Shown: one piece after another, positions 10,016 through 20,539 of the stretch
Position numbering within the stretch: position 1 is the stretch's first letter
Layout: each line of letters begins with the position of its first letter
Source: a virus
Direction: 5' to 3' (one strand)
Virus record (IMG/VR): IMGVR_UViG_3300000651_000003
Span: 33,309 to 97,308 of that record
DNA: 64,000 nucleotides
Notes under the pieces: model-generated
The model's input: only the letters and a program-made list of their open reading frames with translations
Told to the model about the DNA's origin: nothing
Database searches by the model: none
Program-made: the position numbers and the translations under genes

Positions 10016-10504
10016 ATGGGAGAAAGCCTGTTAGACGCCCGTTTTGCGCAAAATACAGCCGTTTTAGACCCTGCCTGCGATCCTTTTGCTACCCTTCTTT
10101 TGACGGAAGCCCTGACTTGGGTCGGGACTCCCTTTAAACGGGGCCAGAGAATCAAGGGGATTGGGATTGACTGTGGTAGGTTTATCGACGCCTGCTTTGA
10201 GGCTGCCGGGGTAGAGACGGGAGGGTTGCCACTTAGTTACAGTGGCGGCTCGCTGCTCTACCTGCTAGAAAACTGCATCCTTCAAGAGGTTGGCGACCGC
10301 AGGTTGATTCAGCCGGCTGACGTACTGGCCTTTGCGGACGAGAACTGTCGGAATATGGACGAGCCTGTTCACGTAGCATTCGTTGAAAAAGTGACTCCTA
10401 TGACCACTTTTATCATCGAAGCTGGACGCAAAGGTGTTTCTCGCCACCGCATACATAATCTTTGGTGGCGCCGTCTTCATTCTATTTGGCACTATCCTAG
10501 ATGA
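10016..10504 (+). CDS. NlpC/P60 tail-associated peptidase
   Basis: WVGTPF...GIDC catalytic Cys, HVAF catalytic His. Confidence 0.85.
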   Translation: MGESLLDARFAQNTAVLDPACDPFATLLLTEALTWVGTPFKRGQRIKGIGIDCGRFIDACFEAAGVETGGLPLSYSGGSLLYLLENCILQEVGDRRLIQPADVLAFADENCRNMDEPVHVAFVEKVTPMTTFIIEAGRKGVSRHRIHNLWWRRLHSIWHYPR

Positions 10505-13500
10505 GCAAAAAACGCGACCAACTTATAAAGTCAATCGTGTCCGGGAAAATCAATGATCCCGTGACCATTGCTATCTCTGCCGGCCTCGCCATAGGAGGGC
10601 AGTTCCTTAGTAAATTACTAGCTCCCAAACAACCCAAACAACAGGTTGGGCTAATGAGCGGTACTGTTCAGATACAAACGTCTGAGCAAGGTACATTCAT
10701 CCCGGAAATTTACGGAGCCGCGCCGTCTGTAGCCTTGGTCACTCCAACTGCGATTACTTGGTCGAGTGTAGTTAATGCCACGACGGGAGCCAACGGAGCA
10801 ATACACAAAAACGGATCGCCTACCACTTATGGAGCGGGTACCCCCGCAGATCAATTCTGGAATGCAGGTGCAGTGTTTGCAGTTCCACTCGCTGCTGGTC
10901 AAGACGCATTTATACAATTTCAACTAGACGACTCGTCTACTAATTTCAGTGGCAGCGCAGTAGGGTTTTGTCTCAACACAACTCCTCAATCTGGTCTCGG
11001 TGGCCCGCCGGGATTTCCTAACCTCGAATTTGGGATAATCGGGGGTACCAACATTACTGGGCAGAATAATGTATCCGCTAACATCATATCCCATACATAC
11101 TCCACCATATCGCAAAACGTGGGCGGTCCATCGTTAGGAAACTGGTACCCGGGAGATGTCTTTCGGATTGAACGCCGCAATAACATCTACCATCTCTACC
11201 GCGGGTTCGCTGAAGTAGGTAATTTCACGCCTCCTACTCCAACCGCAGTCGTGTATCTGGCTTGGGCCGGCTGGCGCAATAGCTTTGGTTTGATAAATGC
11301 GTACTACGCAGTGGGCAACATAGGCCCACCTCCTAGCGCAGGGTCTGGCGGATGCAAAGTGCCCGGGCAAGTTATCTGGGCCAAACCTCCTGAGAAACAT
11401 CAGTACACCAGTCAGCAAACTACTGGCTCAGGCAAGCATGCCTCTACAACTACCGTTGAGCAAATCTACTACACGATCGACATTCGTTATCTCTATGCTC
11501 GAGGTGGCCCGGGCACCGGTCTTCAGTTATTACGCGAGTATGGCAACACTGACATAATCGTTCACCAAGACCCAAACCTGAACACTCAGTCGAACGTATA
11601 TAACCCGTCTCTGGGTGATATTGGCGTTTACGATCCTAAAACTCCTCCCGATCCTACTCAGTGGGAAAAGTCTACTGTACAGAAAAATGATGGCGACCTA
11701 ACGTTACTCGACGGCGGCATCGGCGCAGGAGGTGGCTACGGTGGCAGCATTCAGGGTGGTGCATCCACTGTAGAAGTCTACCCGGGAACTTTGGTTCAAG
11801 ATATCAGCCCTACAGAAGAAGCAGATATAGACGGTAAATACGGCGCAGGGTCAACTCCGGCTCACCGCGGTACAGCAGGTACTCTCAAACCGGCATTCAA
11901 CCTTCAGCGCTGGGATAATCTAGTACCAAATCACACAGCAGTCTGGCAACATTCTTCATTGAAGATGCTCTCAGACATTTACTCATACCTATGTACGAAC
12001 AGAATCGTTGACCAGTACGGCAACCCCCTGTTAGGTGCCGGGGTTTCAAATATTGAATTTCTAACCTCTGTGGTTCATGGTTCCGTTAGAAGTAACTTCA
12101 CAGGTCAAGTGGGAATTCGATTTACTACTCCCAACTCAAGTCCGCCAACAATCAGCGCTTTGGGACGCATGAGACGTTCTACTAACACCCAGACGCATGC
12201 AGTGACTCTTTACAAAGACGATGGAACAGTAATCGCGACTGTGAATGTGGATTGTTCAAGCGGTACTCCTGATGCTTTCAAATACGTAAGCATCACGCCT
12301 GTGACTTTACTTACCAATACGATCTATCACTTGCTTAGCGCGGAAACGAATGGCGGAGATGAGTGGTATGACGATGTAGGGAGTTCTTTCATAGCAGATC
12401 CAGCAGTAGGGGGCACTGTCTTCTCCAATTTCACAACGTCAGTGCCAACTTGGAGTGACCATACATCAAACCTCGCTTACGTTCCGGTAAATCTTCAGTA
12501 CCAAATAGGAGCCGGTAATCAGGACTTAGACTTCTCGGATGCATCTGCTGTGGTTTGTCGAGGCTTGTTAATCGACGGACGCAGGTATTCTCCAGCCGAG
12601 ATTATTGATAATGAAGACCTACAGGACTGCTACAATTATTTCTCAACAGAAGGCGATGGTAAGCTGTTATTGTTCCAGAATGGAAATGAGCCTGCAATTA
12701 CAATTCCGTGGCAAGACATAAACTGGGTAGAAGCAGGCAGCCAGCAGGAAGCTAGTGAGGGATCGATCATATCCGCTACCAAGCTGGATGAAACAAAGTT
12801 CGACTATGAAGTTGATTTAAAATACGTCAACCCCGGGAACGACTGGGAACCTGACCAGCAGAGCTATATCCGCAAAGTAACACTGGGCACAAACAGAAGC
12901 CAACTCCAAGTTCAGGCCACTATGAACCCCGACGAGGCTAAGCAGGCCGTTACTCGACGATCGTTTAGAAAATATGTGGGTGAGCCGGTCAAGTTCAAAT
13001 TGACTTGGAAGTACATGTACATCTGGCCCGGCTACCGTATCACTACTACTGACCCAGACGGCGAAACTTACGTGATGAGACTAACGGGGGTTTCAGGAGG
13101 AATCGGCATTCGAGATTGCGAAGCTGTTCTTCTTGAGCCGGCTATGTACACTCAATCTCTCAGTGGCGGCATAGCCCCTTTCCACATTCCACCGATTCCA
13201 ATTCCTGCTACCACGATTCTTGCAGCGATGGATGTACCGGCATTCCGCCCGGGAGAAGAAAATCAGTTTGGTATGTATTTCGCCGGCTGCCCACGACAGA
13301 CAGACACTCAACAATGGTTTGGGTTTGGGCTGTACATAAAACGGCCTTCGCAGGTTGAGTACTCGAAGTTAGACGATTTCTCTGGCACCCCTGCTACTCT
13401 GGGCAAGATTGCAAGCGCTACTGATTTGTTAACTGACCCAACAGTATGCGGAGTGACAATAACCGCGAACTCGTCGACCGACTACATCACGACCGCAAAC

Positions 13501-15003
13501 GGCGTTACTCTGAATAACGGAGCAGCGTTTACTCTACTAAACTCTGGTGGTGCATTGCCGGCACCGCTGGTTGCTGGAACAACATACTTTGTGGTAAACG
13601 CTGACTTGGTCAATAGTAGGTTCCAAGTCTCGGCTACCTCTGGTGGCTCGGTAATCAACTTAACCACGAATGGCACAGGTACGAATCTTCTTTATGTAGG
13701 CAAAATCACAGTAGATTTGTACGGGTCTCTGGCTACTCTGCCGAGTGCCACGTCAGAGACCGACATGAGGTCTGGTACGAATCGAGTTGTGATGGGAGAT
13801 ACGATCTGCGGCTACATATGGGCAACTCAAGTCGCTGGATATCCGAACAGGTGGGAGCTAACCGGTCTTCTGAATGGTCTGTACGGCACAGTTGACCACA
13901 TAACAGACACTCAAGTCGGACGCAACTTCTGTTTCATGGATGCAAATGTACATTTCGTATCTCTTAACGCAAACACTGACTTAAACGTGACTCTGCCTAT
14001 CAAGGCAGTTTCAATCTTTCAAGACTTGGCAGATGCAGCAGATTTGTCTGTCGTGTGTACAGGTAATTCAGCAAGGGTGGTTCCTGTGTCATTAGGTTCT
14101 ATGGCTGCGTGGTTCGATGCCACAAATGGTAATGCGCTTCTAGAATGGGTAGGTACTTCTACCCTGACTCCGGGATTGGTAGAGTCTTACGACCTTGAGA
14201 TGAGGGACGGCCCCGGCTCAGGAGCAACTACCAAACTCGCGTTGGTCGTTACGCCAGAGCTGAATTTGTTGGCAGGTAACACTCCTCCTCTTAAAACCGC
14301 TGCTGGCAATACGCTGCCGGGAGGGCAGATTGCATACAGTGACCCCGGTGGCGTAGCATTTACCTACTTCTTGCACGACTTCGATATCAATAACTATACA
14401 GGTTCGGTACAATCAAAAACAACAGCGAACCCGATAGGTACATTCGTGGAGTTTCAAGTGCAAGCAGGAGTGACTAGTCAGCCAAGCAATAACGTGGCAC
14501 CGAGATTCTTACAGCTAAACACAGATGACAATCTTTCCATCTACGGTTGGGTGCGTTTAGGGCAGATAAATGTTACCACAACTGTTTACTGTCCCTATGA
14601 AAATGCCGGTACCACGGGAACACCTTTCTATCAACTTACTCCCGGTGACCGCATGGGAATAATGTTCCAGCCTGACGGTACAGTTCTATATTTTATCAAT
14701 TACCAAGGGCCGAGCAGTCAACCGTTTTTCACTTCCCCAAACAAGTTTGATAAGACGAAGGTCTATCGCATAAACATTATTGAAGGCGATCCATCACAAT
14801 CTCCCGGCACTACAGTATTGTCCTCTGTTAAAAGTGTTAGGTGGTCAAGACCCAATCCAGAATTCATGTTAACCGGTGACATGCAGAAAGGTTACAACAG
14901 CGGAAGTCTACCGGGGACAATTTACGGTAGAATCCGCCAGCATTCCTTCAATGCTGCTGGAAATGTGAGTGCGTGGACTTACTTCCAATTCTTAAGGGTG
15001 TAG
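10501..15003 (+). CDS. large tail tip/central fibre protein (megatron/Phage-tail_3-like) with inserted domains
   Basis: SEQG.FIPEIYG, GQVIW, PAHRG motifs; follows NlpC/P60; 1500 aa. Confidence 0.8.
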   Translation: MSKKRDQLIKSIVSGKINDPVTIAISAGLAIGGQFLSKLLAPKQPKQQVGLMSGTVQIQTSEQGTFIPEIYGAAPSVALVTPTAITWSSVVNATTGANGAIHKNGSPTTYGAGTPADQFWNAGAVFAVPLAAGQDAFIQFQLDDSSTNFSGSAVGFCLNTTPQSGLGGPPGFPNLEFGIIGGTNITGQNNVSANIISHTYSTISQNVGGPSLGNWYPGDVFRIERRNNIYHLYRGFAEVGNFTPPTPTAVVYLAWAGWRNSFGLINAYYAVGNIGPPPSAGSGGCKVPGQVIWAKPPEKHQYTSQQTTGSGKHASTTTVEQIYYTIDIRYLYARGGPGTGLQLLREYGNTDIIVHQDPNLNTQSNVYNPSLGDIGVYDPKTPPDPTQWEKSTVQKNDGDLTLLDGGIGAGGGYGGSIQGGASTVEVYPGTLVQDISPTEEADIDGKYGAGSTPAHRGTAGTLKPAFNLQRWDNLVPNHTAVWQHSSLKMLSDIYSYLCTNRIVDQYGNPLLGAGVSNIEFLTSVVHGSVRSNFTGQVGIRFTTPNSSPPTISALGRMRRSTNTQTHAVTLYKDDGTVIATVNVDCSSGTPDAFKYVSITPVTLLTNTIYHLLSAETNGGDEWYDDVGSSFIADPAVGGTVFSNFTTSVPTWSDHTSNLAYVPVNLQYQIGAGNQDLDFSDASAVVCRGLLIDGRRYSPAEIIDNEDLQDCYNYFSTEGDGKLLLFQNGNEPAITIPWQDINWVEAGSQQEASEGSIISATKLDETKFDYEVDLKYVNPGNDWEPDQQSYIRKVTLGTNRSQLQVQATMNPDEAKQAVTRRSFRKYVGEPVKFKLTWKYMYIWPGYRITTTDPDGETYVMRLTGVSGGIGIRDCEAVLLEPAMYTQSLSGGIAPFHIPPIPIPATTILAAMDVPAFRPGEENQFGMYFAGCPRQTDTQQWFGFGLYIKRPSQVEYSKLDDFSGTPATLGKIASATDLLTDPTVCGVTITANSSTDYITTANGVTLNNGAAFTLLNSGGALPAPLVAGTTYFVVNADLVNSRFQVSATSGGSVINLTTNGTGTNLLYVGKITVDLYGSLATLPSATSETDMRSGTNRVVMGDTICGYIWATQVAGYPNRWELTGLLNGLYGTVDHITDTQVGRNFCFMDANVHFVSLNANTDLNVTLPIKAVSIFQDLADAADLSVVCTGNSARVVPVSLGSMAAWFDATNGNALLEWVGTSTLTPGLVESYDLEMRDGPGSGATTKLALVVTPELNLLAGNTPPLKTAAGNTLPGGQIAYSDPGGVAFTYFLHDFDINNYTGSVQSKTTANPIGTFVEFQVQAGVTSQPSNNVAPRFLQLNTDDNLSIYGWVRLGQINVTTTVYCPYENAGTTGTPFYQLTPGDRMGIMFQPDGTVLYFINYQGPSSQPFFTSPNKFDKTKVYRINIIEGDPSQSPGTTVLSSVKSVRWSRPNPEFMLTGDMQKGYNSGSLPGTIYGRIRQHSFNAAGNVSAWTYFQFLRV

Positions 15004-15004
15004 A

Positions 15005-18000
15005 ATGGCGAGACCAGATTTCACAGTACCTCTCAATCTAATCAAAAAACCTCTTCTAGACCTTGAAGATTGGGTTGACCAATATCAAACTGTTCATCTT
15101 GATACCGACTATGCCAGCCTGAGCGCCGCTGTGTCTGCAATAGGTTCTGCACAATCGAAGCTAATAATCACAAGACCCAATTTCGTTGTTGGTACAACTT
15201 GTTCAGTGCCTGCTACTCTGCTTATTGAATTCGGTGCTGATGGATTCCTTAATCTGACTAGCGGGCAGACAGCAACCATCCTAAGTCCCACAAATCTGTG
15301 GCCCAACAGACAGCTATTCATTGATTTTGGTGGTAGTGTTAAATTCGCTGCCGGCGTTACAGTTAACCCTGTGTGGTGGCCCGATCTAACTGCTACTGTA
15401 CCTGCTCCCACGAATGCTCCTACTCTGTCTGTCGGTGGAACAGGAGTCAGTGCTGGATTAGTGAATGGCACCTCATACAAGGTAGCATACACCTATCGGG
15501 CTTGGAATGGTGAGACCGGCATATCTCCTGCTAGTGCTGCATTCACAGCAGTCACTAATCAAGGAGTAGCTGCGTTAGCGATCGCCTCACTGGCAGATAA
15601 TTCTAAGTGGGCAGTGCAGGCTCACTTCTACATGTCTAACGATGGAGGTACTACTTGGCATAGAACAGACACTGTTACCGATCCTAATTTTCCGGGAGCT
15701 GGAGCTTTCTGTGAATCTGAACCTTTTGGGGGCACCGTGCTTCTTTGGAATGCTTCTGGAGCAGCACCACCGGGAGGTGCAGCTACCACAACAACCAAGA
15801 CTAGTAGAACGGTGAGTCCTCCTGCGAATGCTCCTACTGTCACTCAGCTGGCAAATATAGCAGCAACCACTTACTATGGCGCATTTTCATTCTTGTGCGG
15901 AGACGGAACAGAAAGCGCCTTGAGTGCTATCTCTGCCGGGCAGGCTGTTACTGCTGGTCAATGGATAAATTTCCGTATAAACAATGAACCTCCCTCAGGG
16001 GCTGTTGCAATTCGTAGGTATCTCGGAACAGTGGCATCTGCAGGGTCGATGCACTTGCAGGACACTGTACCTTTATTCCACGTCAATGGCATGATTCATA
16101 CCTACAACTCTGGAGGAGCAGCCCCTTCAGCCGGATCAGCCCACTCAGTTGTTGGTGGATTCCAGAGAGCGTGGGATGCAATTATCGAATCAGGCGGTGG
16201 TGCAATATTAGTAACCACATCGCTGAATTTCCAGTGCCCACTGATACTTCGACTAAAGAATCAGGCTGGAACTACTGTAACAGGTACTCGAGTTCAAGGC
16301 GTAGCGAGTGACCAACTGAATAATGCATCATCAGGCAGGTTAGTTTATACAGGCACGCAGACCGGTATAGTTGGTATTTTAGCTTGTGGTTCAGCAATTA
16401 CTTGGAGCGGTCTTGATACCAGAGACGTAAATAACAGAATCAAATACGGTTGGGTAGGATGTGATTTCTATGGTGCAGGCGGTTTCGAATCTATCTGGCA
16501 CAGGTCATACTTCGAAGCTAATTTTGCTGGTGGCATCGGTGGCCACATCTCCGTATTGGGGGCCAGCCCATCATCTCATATATGCTCCGAACAGTTTTTT
16601 GATAATGTGATATTCAGCGGCAAGGCTTGGGGATTCGACCCTAGAGGAGGACAGACGGGAGACCTAATTTTTAGAAACTGTTCCTTTAACACTCAAGGTG
16701 ATTCGAACTCAGCAAATTCCGGTAACTTGAGACTAGGTGCTGGCTTCAACACACACTTTGAAGGGATGACCTCTTTAGGAGGAGGCGGTGAGTACAGGAT
16801 TGCTTGCGTAGGGGATTACCCTCACCCGCTCTACGGTAGATTCACTGGTATAATTGAAGGCTGTTTAAATGATGCGTCGTCAGCTGGAGTAGCATTCCTG
16901 TTCTATAGCTCACCCAATAACAGTGGTGCGGCTTATCAAATGGAATTGATTGGAAATTCTTTCCAATCAAATGACGGAGATACTCTGGCCGTGTATTCAT
17001 ACGCAGCTCTACAACTAACCCTAGCTGGTAATAAAGGACCCGGTAGGCTTGCTTGGATAAACTTCACTGCTACTAGCAGTTTTTCCGCTGGTTCGAACCC
17101 GTTTATCACAGCAGTAGGCGGTGACAATTTCCTGTCTCAAACATTAGGCGATGTCAAAATCAATGATTCAGTACACATCGACTATACTCGTAAAGGTCTC
17201 ACCCTATACACGTCCAGCCTAGCGCTACATAATGAGTCTGGGCAGAAATCTCTCATAGGTACGAATGCTGGCGGAGACATCTCAGTATCGCCGGCGAGAA
17301 GCGTACAAGTCAATGCAAGCACACCTGTAATCGTTAGCACGAACACAGACTCAAACATCAACGCCCCGCGTGATATCTACATCGATGGGCGCTTTGCTTA
17401 TATCGCGTGCTACTCTGCCAACAGCATTCGCATCCACGACATTTCGAATCCGCTTTCGCTGGCAAACGGAATCAGCGCGCTGACGGATGCGACGAATCTA
17501 AACGGTGCCTACAAACTGTGGGTTGCTGGCGGCTATGCTTTTGTATGTTGCGCCAATGCCGGCCGACTGACTGCGGTCGATGTCCGGAATCCTAACGTGC
17601 CGGCCGTTGCGAGTTCGCTTGCCGATGCCACCAACTTCGGCGCGGGTCTTATCGGCATTCAGGTGGTTGGCAGATACGCATACGTGGTCAGCGAGGCGGG
17701 CAATCGAATCACCATCGTCGACGTGAGCAATCCGGGCGCGATGGTCGTTAAAGGTTCATTGCAGGACGCTACCAATCTGAATGGCGCTTATGCCATCAGA
17801 GTGCTTGGCAAGTACGCCTATGTAGGATGCTTCGATGGAAATCGCGTGACGGTAGTTAACATCAGCAATCCTGCGTCGCCCACGGTTGTTGGCTCAGTTC
17901 AAGACGCCACAAATCTCGGCCACCCTGCGCGAGTATATCTCTCGGGTAAGTACCTGTATGTTGCGTGCCAGTCAGTGAATCGCCTTACGGTGGTGGACGT

Positions 18001-18829
18001 GAGCAACCCGGCCTCGCCGTTCGTTGTCGGTTCGGTGCAGGACAATACCATTCTGAATCTAATCACGGACTTAGATGTGATTGACCATTATGTGATAACG
18101 ACAGCGCTGACCGCACAACGCATTGCCATCGTAGACGTGGCGACGCCCGCGAGTCCTGTAATCATTTCTTCTCTTAATGACGCGACCAATTTCAATGGCG
18201 TGGTGCCGATTCGAATAGTCGGCAGACATGCGTTTGTTGGCGCAGCCTCGAAGCTGAATGCGGTAGACATTGGCGGAGCGATCCAGACGCTGGGCCTGAC
18301 GGCGGGCGGCATAGCGGCGAATCACATTCACGTCGCTGAAGAGTTAGACGTCGCTGGGAGCGGCTACTTTCAGACAGGACTCAATGTCGGCATAGGCGGG
18401 ATCAATTCGCAGGGGCCGCTCTATGCACCCAACGTCATCGATTATGCTGAAGGCACATTCACACCGGGTTTATCATTCGGCGGTGGAACGACAGGTATCA
18501 CATATTCGCTTCAGCAAGGGAGCTACAAAAAGATAGGTAACATGGTGCAGGTTTGGATTCGCATCACGTTGACATCTAAAGGCACCTCTACCGGTCAGGC
18601 CGCTATAACAGGCTTGCCATTTACAGTAGCTACTCCAGCGAATACAATCTCGGGTTTGATCTACCACAACAACATTACATATAACGGAACAATTTTAGCA
18701 GGTCCCGGTAGCGGCGGAACCACAGCGTCGTTGTGGCAAGTTGTTTCTGCTACAGGAGCGGCAGCGCTCAACGATACCGGATTCACCAATACCACCGATT
18801 TCATTGTTAGCTTTGCATATCCAATCTAA
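15005..18829 (+). CDS. tail fibre/receptor-binding protein with LVIVD repeats
   Basis: Repeated GxYAYV...R.T.VDVSNP.xP units; C-terminal EGTFTP...YKKIGNMV...TGLPF knob-like domain. Confidence 0.8.
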   Translation: MARPDFTVPLNLIKKPLLDLEDWVDQYQTVHLDTDYASLSAAVSAIGSAQSKLIITRPNFVVGTTCSVPATLLIEFGADGFLNLTSGQTATILSPTNLWPNRQLFIDFGGSVKFAAGVTVNPVWWPDLTATVPAPTNAPTLSVGGTGVSAGLVNGTSYKVAYTYRAWNGETGISPASAAFTAVTNQGVAALAIASLADNSKWAVQAHFYMSNDGGTTWHRTDTVTDPNFPGAGAFCESEPFGGTVLLWNASGAAPPGGAATTTTKTSRTVSPPANAPTVTQLANIAATTYYGAFSFLCGDGTESALSAISAGQAVTAGQWINFRINNEPPSGAVAIRRYLGTVASAGSMHLQDTVPLFHVNGMIHTYNSGGAAPSAGSAHSVVGGFQRAWDAIIESGGGAILVTTSLNFQCPLILRLKNQAGTTVTGTRVQGVASDQLNNASSGRLVYTGTQTGIVGILACGSAITWSGLDTRDVNNRIKYGWVGCDFYGAGGFESIWHRSYFEANFAGGIGGHISVLGASPSSHICSEQFFDNVIFSGKAWGFDPRGGQTGDLIFRNCSFNTQGDSNSANSGNLRLGAGFNTHFEGMTSLGGGGEYRIACVGDYPHPLYGRFTGIIEGCLNDASSAGVAFLFYSSPNNSGAAYQMELIGNSFQSNDGDTLAVYSYAALQLTLAGNKGPGRLAWINFTATSSFSAGSNPFITAVGGDNFLSQTLGDVKINDSVHIDYTRKGLTLYTSSLALHNESGQKSLIGTNAGGDISVSPARSVQVNASTPVIVSTNTDSNINAPRDIYIDGRFAYIACYSANSIRIHDISNPLSLANGISALTDATNLNGAYKLWVAGGYAFVCCANAGRLTAVDVRNPNVPAVASSLADATNFGAGLIGIQVVGRYAYVVSEAGNRITIVDVSNPGAMVVKGSLQDATNLNGAYAIRVLGKYAYVGCFDGNRVTVVNISNPASPTVVGSVQDATNLGHPARVYLSGKYLYVACQSVNRLTVVDVSNPASPFVVGSVQDNTILNLITDLDVIDHYVITTALTAQRIAIVDVATPASPVIISSLNDATNFNGVVPIRIVGRHAFVGAASKLNAVDIGGAIQTLGLTAGGIAANHIHVAEELDVAGSGYFQTGLNVGIGGINSQGPLYAPNVIDYAEGTFTPGLSFGGGTTGITYSLQQGSYKKIGNMVQVWIRITLTSKGTSTGQAAITGLPFTVATPANTISGLIYHNNITYNGTILAGPGSGGTTASLWQVVSATGAAALNDTGFTNTTDFIVSFAYPI

Positions 18830-18904
18830 GGAAAAAAGTGAGACTAGGTAATTGTTTCGAGATTATCAGTTAAAATTGACAGCTCGAAGAAAGGATCCCT
18901 TTAC

Positions 18905-19624
18905 ATGGCTGACTTCACTACTTTAACGCTAGACGCGAATAGAGGTACTCAAGGCACTCCAGTATGGGTATCCGTACTTGGCGCGAATAAAGAAACACGC
19001 TGGTCTGATAGCAACGCGCAAAACAATGTTGCCTCTGCCTCATGGCCAGCGATGATTCGCCCCGGCTCGACACAAAACGTCGCATACACATATGCATTTA
19101 CAGCCGACGCGACTGGTGACGGCTACATAGGTTCGAGCGGTGGCACTGTACCGAGCTTCTCCAACTCGAATTACAATTGGGGCAGATGGAACTGGGACAA
19201 TACTGGTACGTTTGCCAGTGCTCCTATCATGACCTCATATCCGACCACTGCCCACGGTTCAATCACTCGAGGTGACAACTCCCTGCTGGGTGGCAATACA
19301 ACGGACACCGGAGCTACTCAGCGCAGCTATCTGAAGGCCAACATCTTCGGTCGCGTTGATTCTGCAGGCGCCCCTGCCGCCGCCCCTACCAATGCTCCTG
19401 TTGTGACTGACGGAGCTACCGGATCAGTTTCTCCAACAGCCGGAGCTAACTGGGCAACGAATTACCAAGGTCTGCAAGGTGACAATGACTATTTAACTTT
19501 CCCGAACACTCCGGCTGCAACCACCGCAGATACTCAACACTGCATCTTCGCACTATTTACAGGGCCGAATATGACACCCAGCACTTACACAGTAGTGATT
19601 ACTCTGAAGTACACTTGGACCTAA
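18905..19624 (+). CDS. putative fibre/virion structural subunit
   Basis: Thr/Gly/Asn-rich beta protein ending TLKYTWT; in fibre region. Confidence 0.5.
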   Translation: MADFTTLTLDANRGTQGTPVWVSVLGANKETRWSDSNAQNNVASASWPAMIRPGSTQNVAYTYAFTADATGDGYIGSSGGTVPSFSNSNYNWGRWNWDNTGTFASAPIMTSYPTTAHGSITRGDNSLLGGNTTDTGATQRSYLKANIFGRVDSAGAPAAAPTNAPVVTDGATGSVSPTAGANWATNYQGLQGDNDYLTFPNTPAATTADTQHCIFALFTGPNMTPSTYTVVITLKYTWT

Positions 19625-19637
19625 AAAAGGAGCTCGA

Positions 19638-19907
19638 ATGAGAATCAGAATTGACGCAGAAGTAGAGGGAACCGAACAGGTTCAAACGTACAACGGAGAA
19701 TCTCCCACGGAAGCAGTTGCTTTCTTAGATAAACTCGAAACCGAGAAGACATTCGTCCTATCATGTAACATGAAAAATGTGAAGCCCGGGGGAGAATTCT
19801 CGTTGGCTCGTAGAGTGACAGGTAAAGATTGTGCGGCGCTACTGTCGGACATAGTTTCGTGGTTGCAGGAACACGGAGCTCCCAAACCAGAAGCACCGAA
19901 GGAATAA
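19638..19907 (+). CDS. hypothetical protein
   Basis: AAGGAG RBS, tightly packed ORF. Confidence 0.55.
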   Translation: MRIRIDAEVEGTEQVQTYNGESPTEAVAFLDKLETEKTFVLSCNMKNVKPGGEFSLARRVTGKDCAALLSDIVSWLQEHGAPKPEAPKE

Positions 19908-20537
19908 ATGGAATCTCTCGTAACAACAGTTACGGCAGCGGAACCAATCCGCAATCCTCCTACGCCTTCAAAGTTAGAAGGCATGCAGATTACGAGGTCT
20001 GGGCGTAGCTGGTGGGCTGTTAGATATCAATCGGGACGAGTTATCAATGAATGGGCAACGCTACAATTCACTAAACTATTCACTCCTCTAGGACCTGCAC
20101 CTACATCTCGCTGGGAAGACATTTCAAAACAAAACATCAATGGTCTCTATCTGTTTTGCCCGAATGGTAGAGTGGGTGCACTTGAAGGTGATTACGAGTA
20201 CTTCCAATTGAAGGTGGGTGGTGCTCATGCGGTATTCTCATTTGGGAATCGGCCAGTAAAGGTAAAGGACAAGCATATTAGAGCTCATATCATAGGCAGG
20301 GTAGTAGGCGAAAATGGCGAGTGCGAATGTTACGCTTGGGAGTATCAGGAAACACCTTATTCAACATTCTTTTGCCCTCGGTGCGGAGGATGTGGTAGAA
20401 AAAGAAAATCTTGCCCGGGCTGCGGTAGCCAAGAATTGCGGCGAGACCCACTAATACTTTTTCGAGATAATGTGACCAACATGGCCTATGAGCAGATAGG
20501 GACGATTTCTCTGGGCCATCATACAGGAATCAGGTAA
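19908..20537 (+). CDS. hypothetical protein with CxxC zinc ribbon
   Basis: CPRC...CPGC near C-terminus. Confidence 0.55.
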   Translation: MESLVTTVTAAEPIRNPPTPSKLEGMQITRSGRSWWAVRYQSGRVINEWATLQFTKLFTPLGPAPTSRWEDISKQNINGLYLFCPNGRVGALEGDYEYFQLKVGGAHAVFSFGNRPVKVKDKHIRAHIIGRVVGENGECECYAWEYQETPYSTFFCPRCGGCGRKRKSCPGCGSQELRRDPLILFRDNVTNMAYEQIGTISLGHHTGIR

Positions 20538-20539
20538 TT

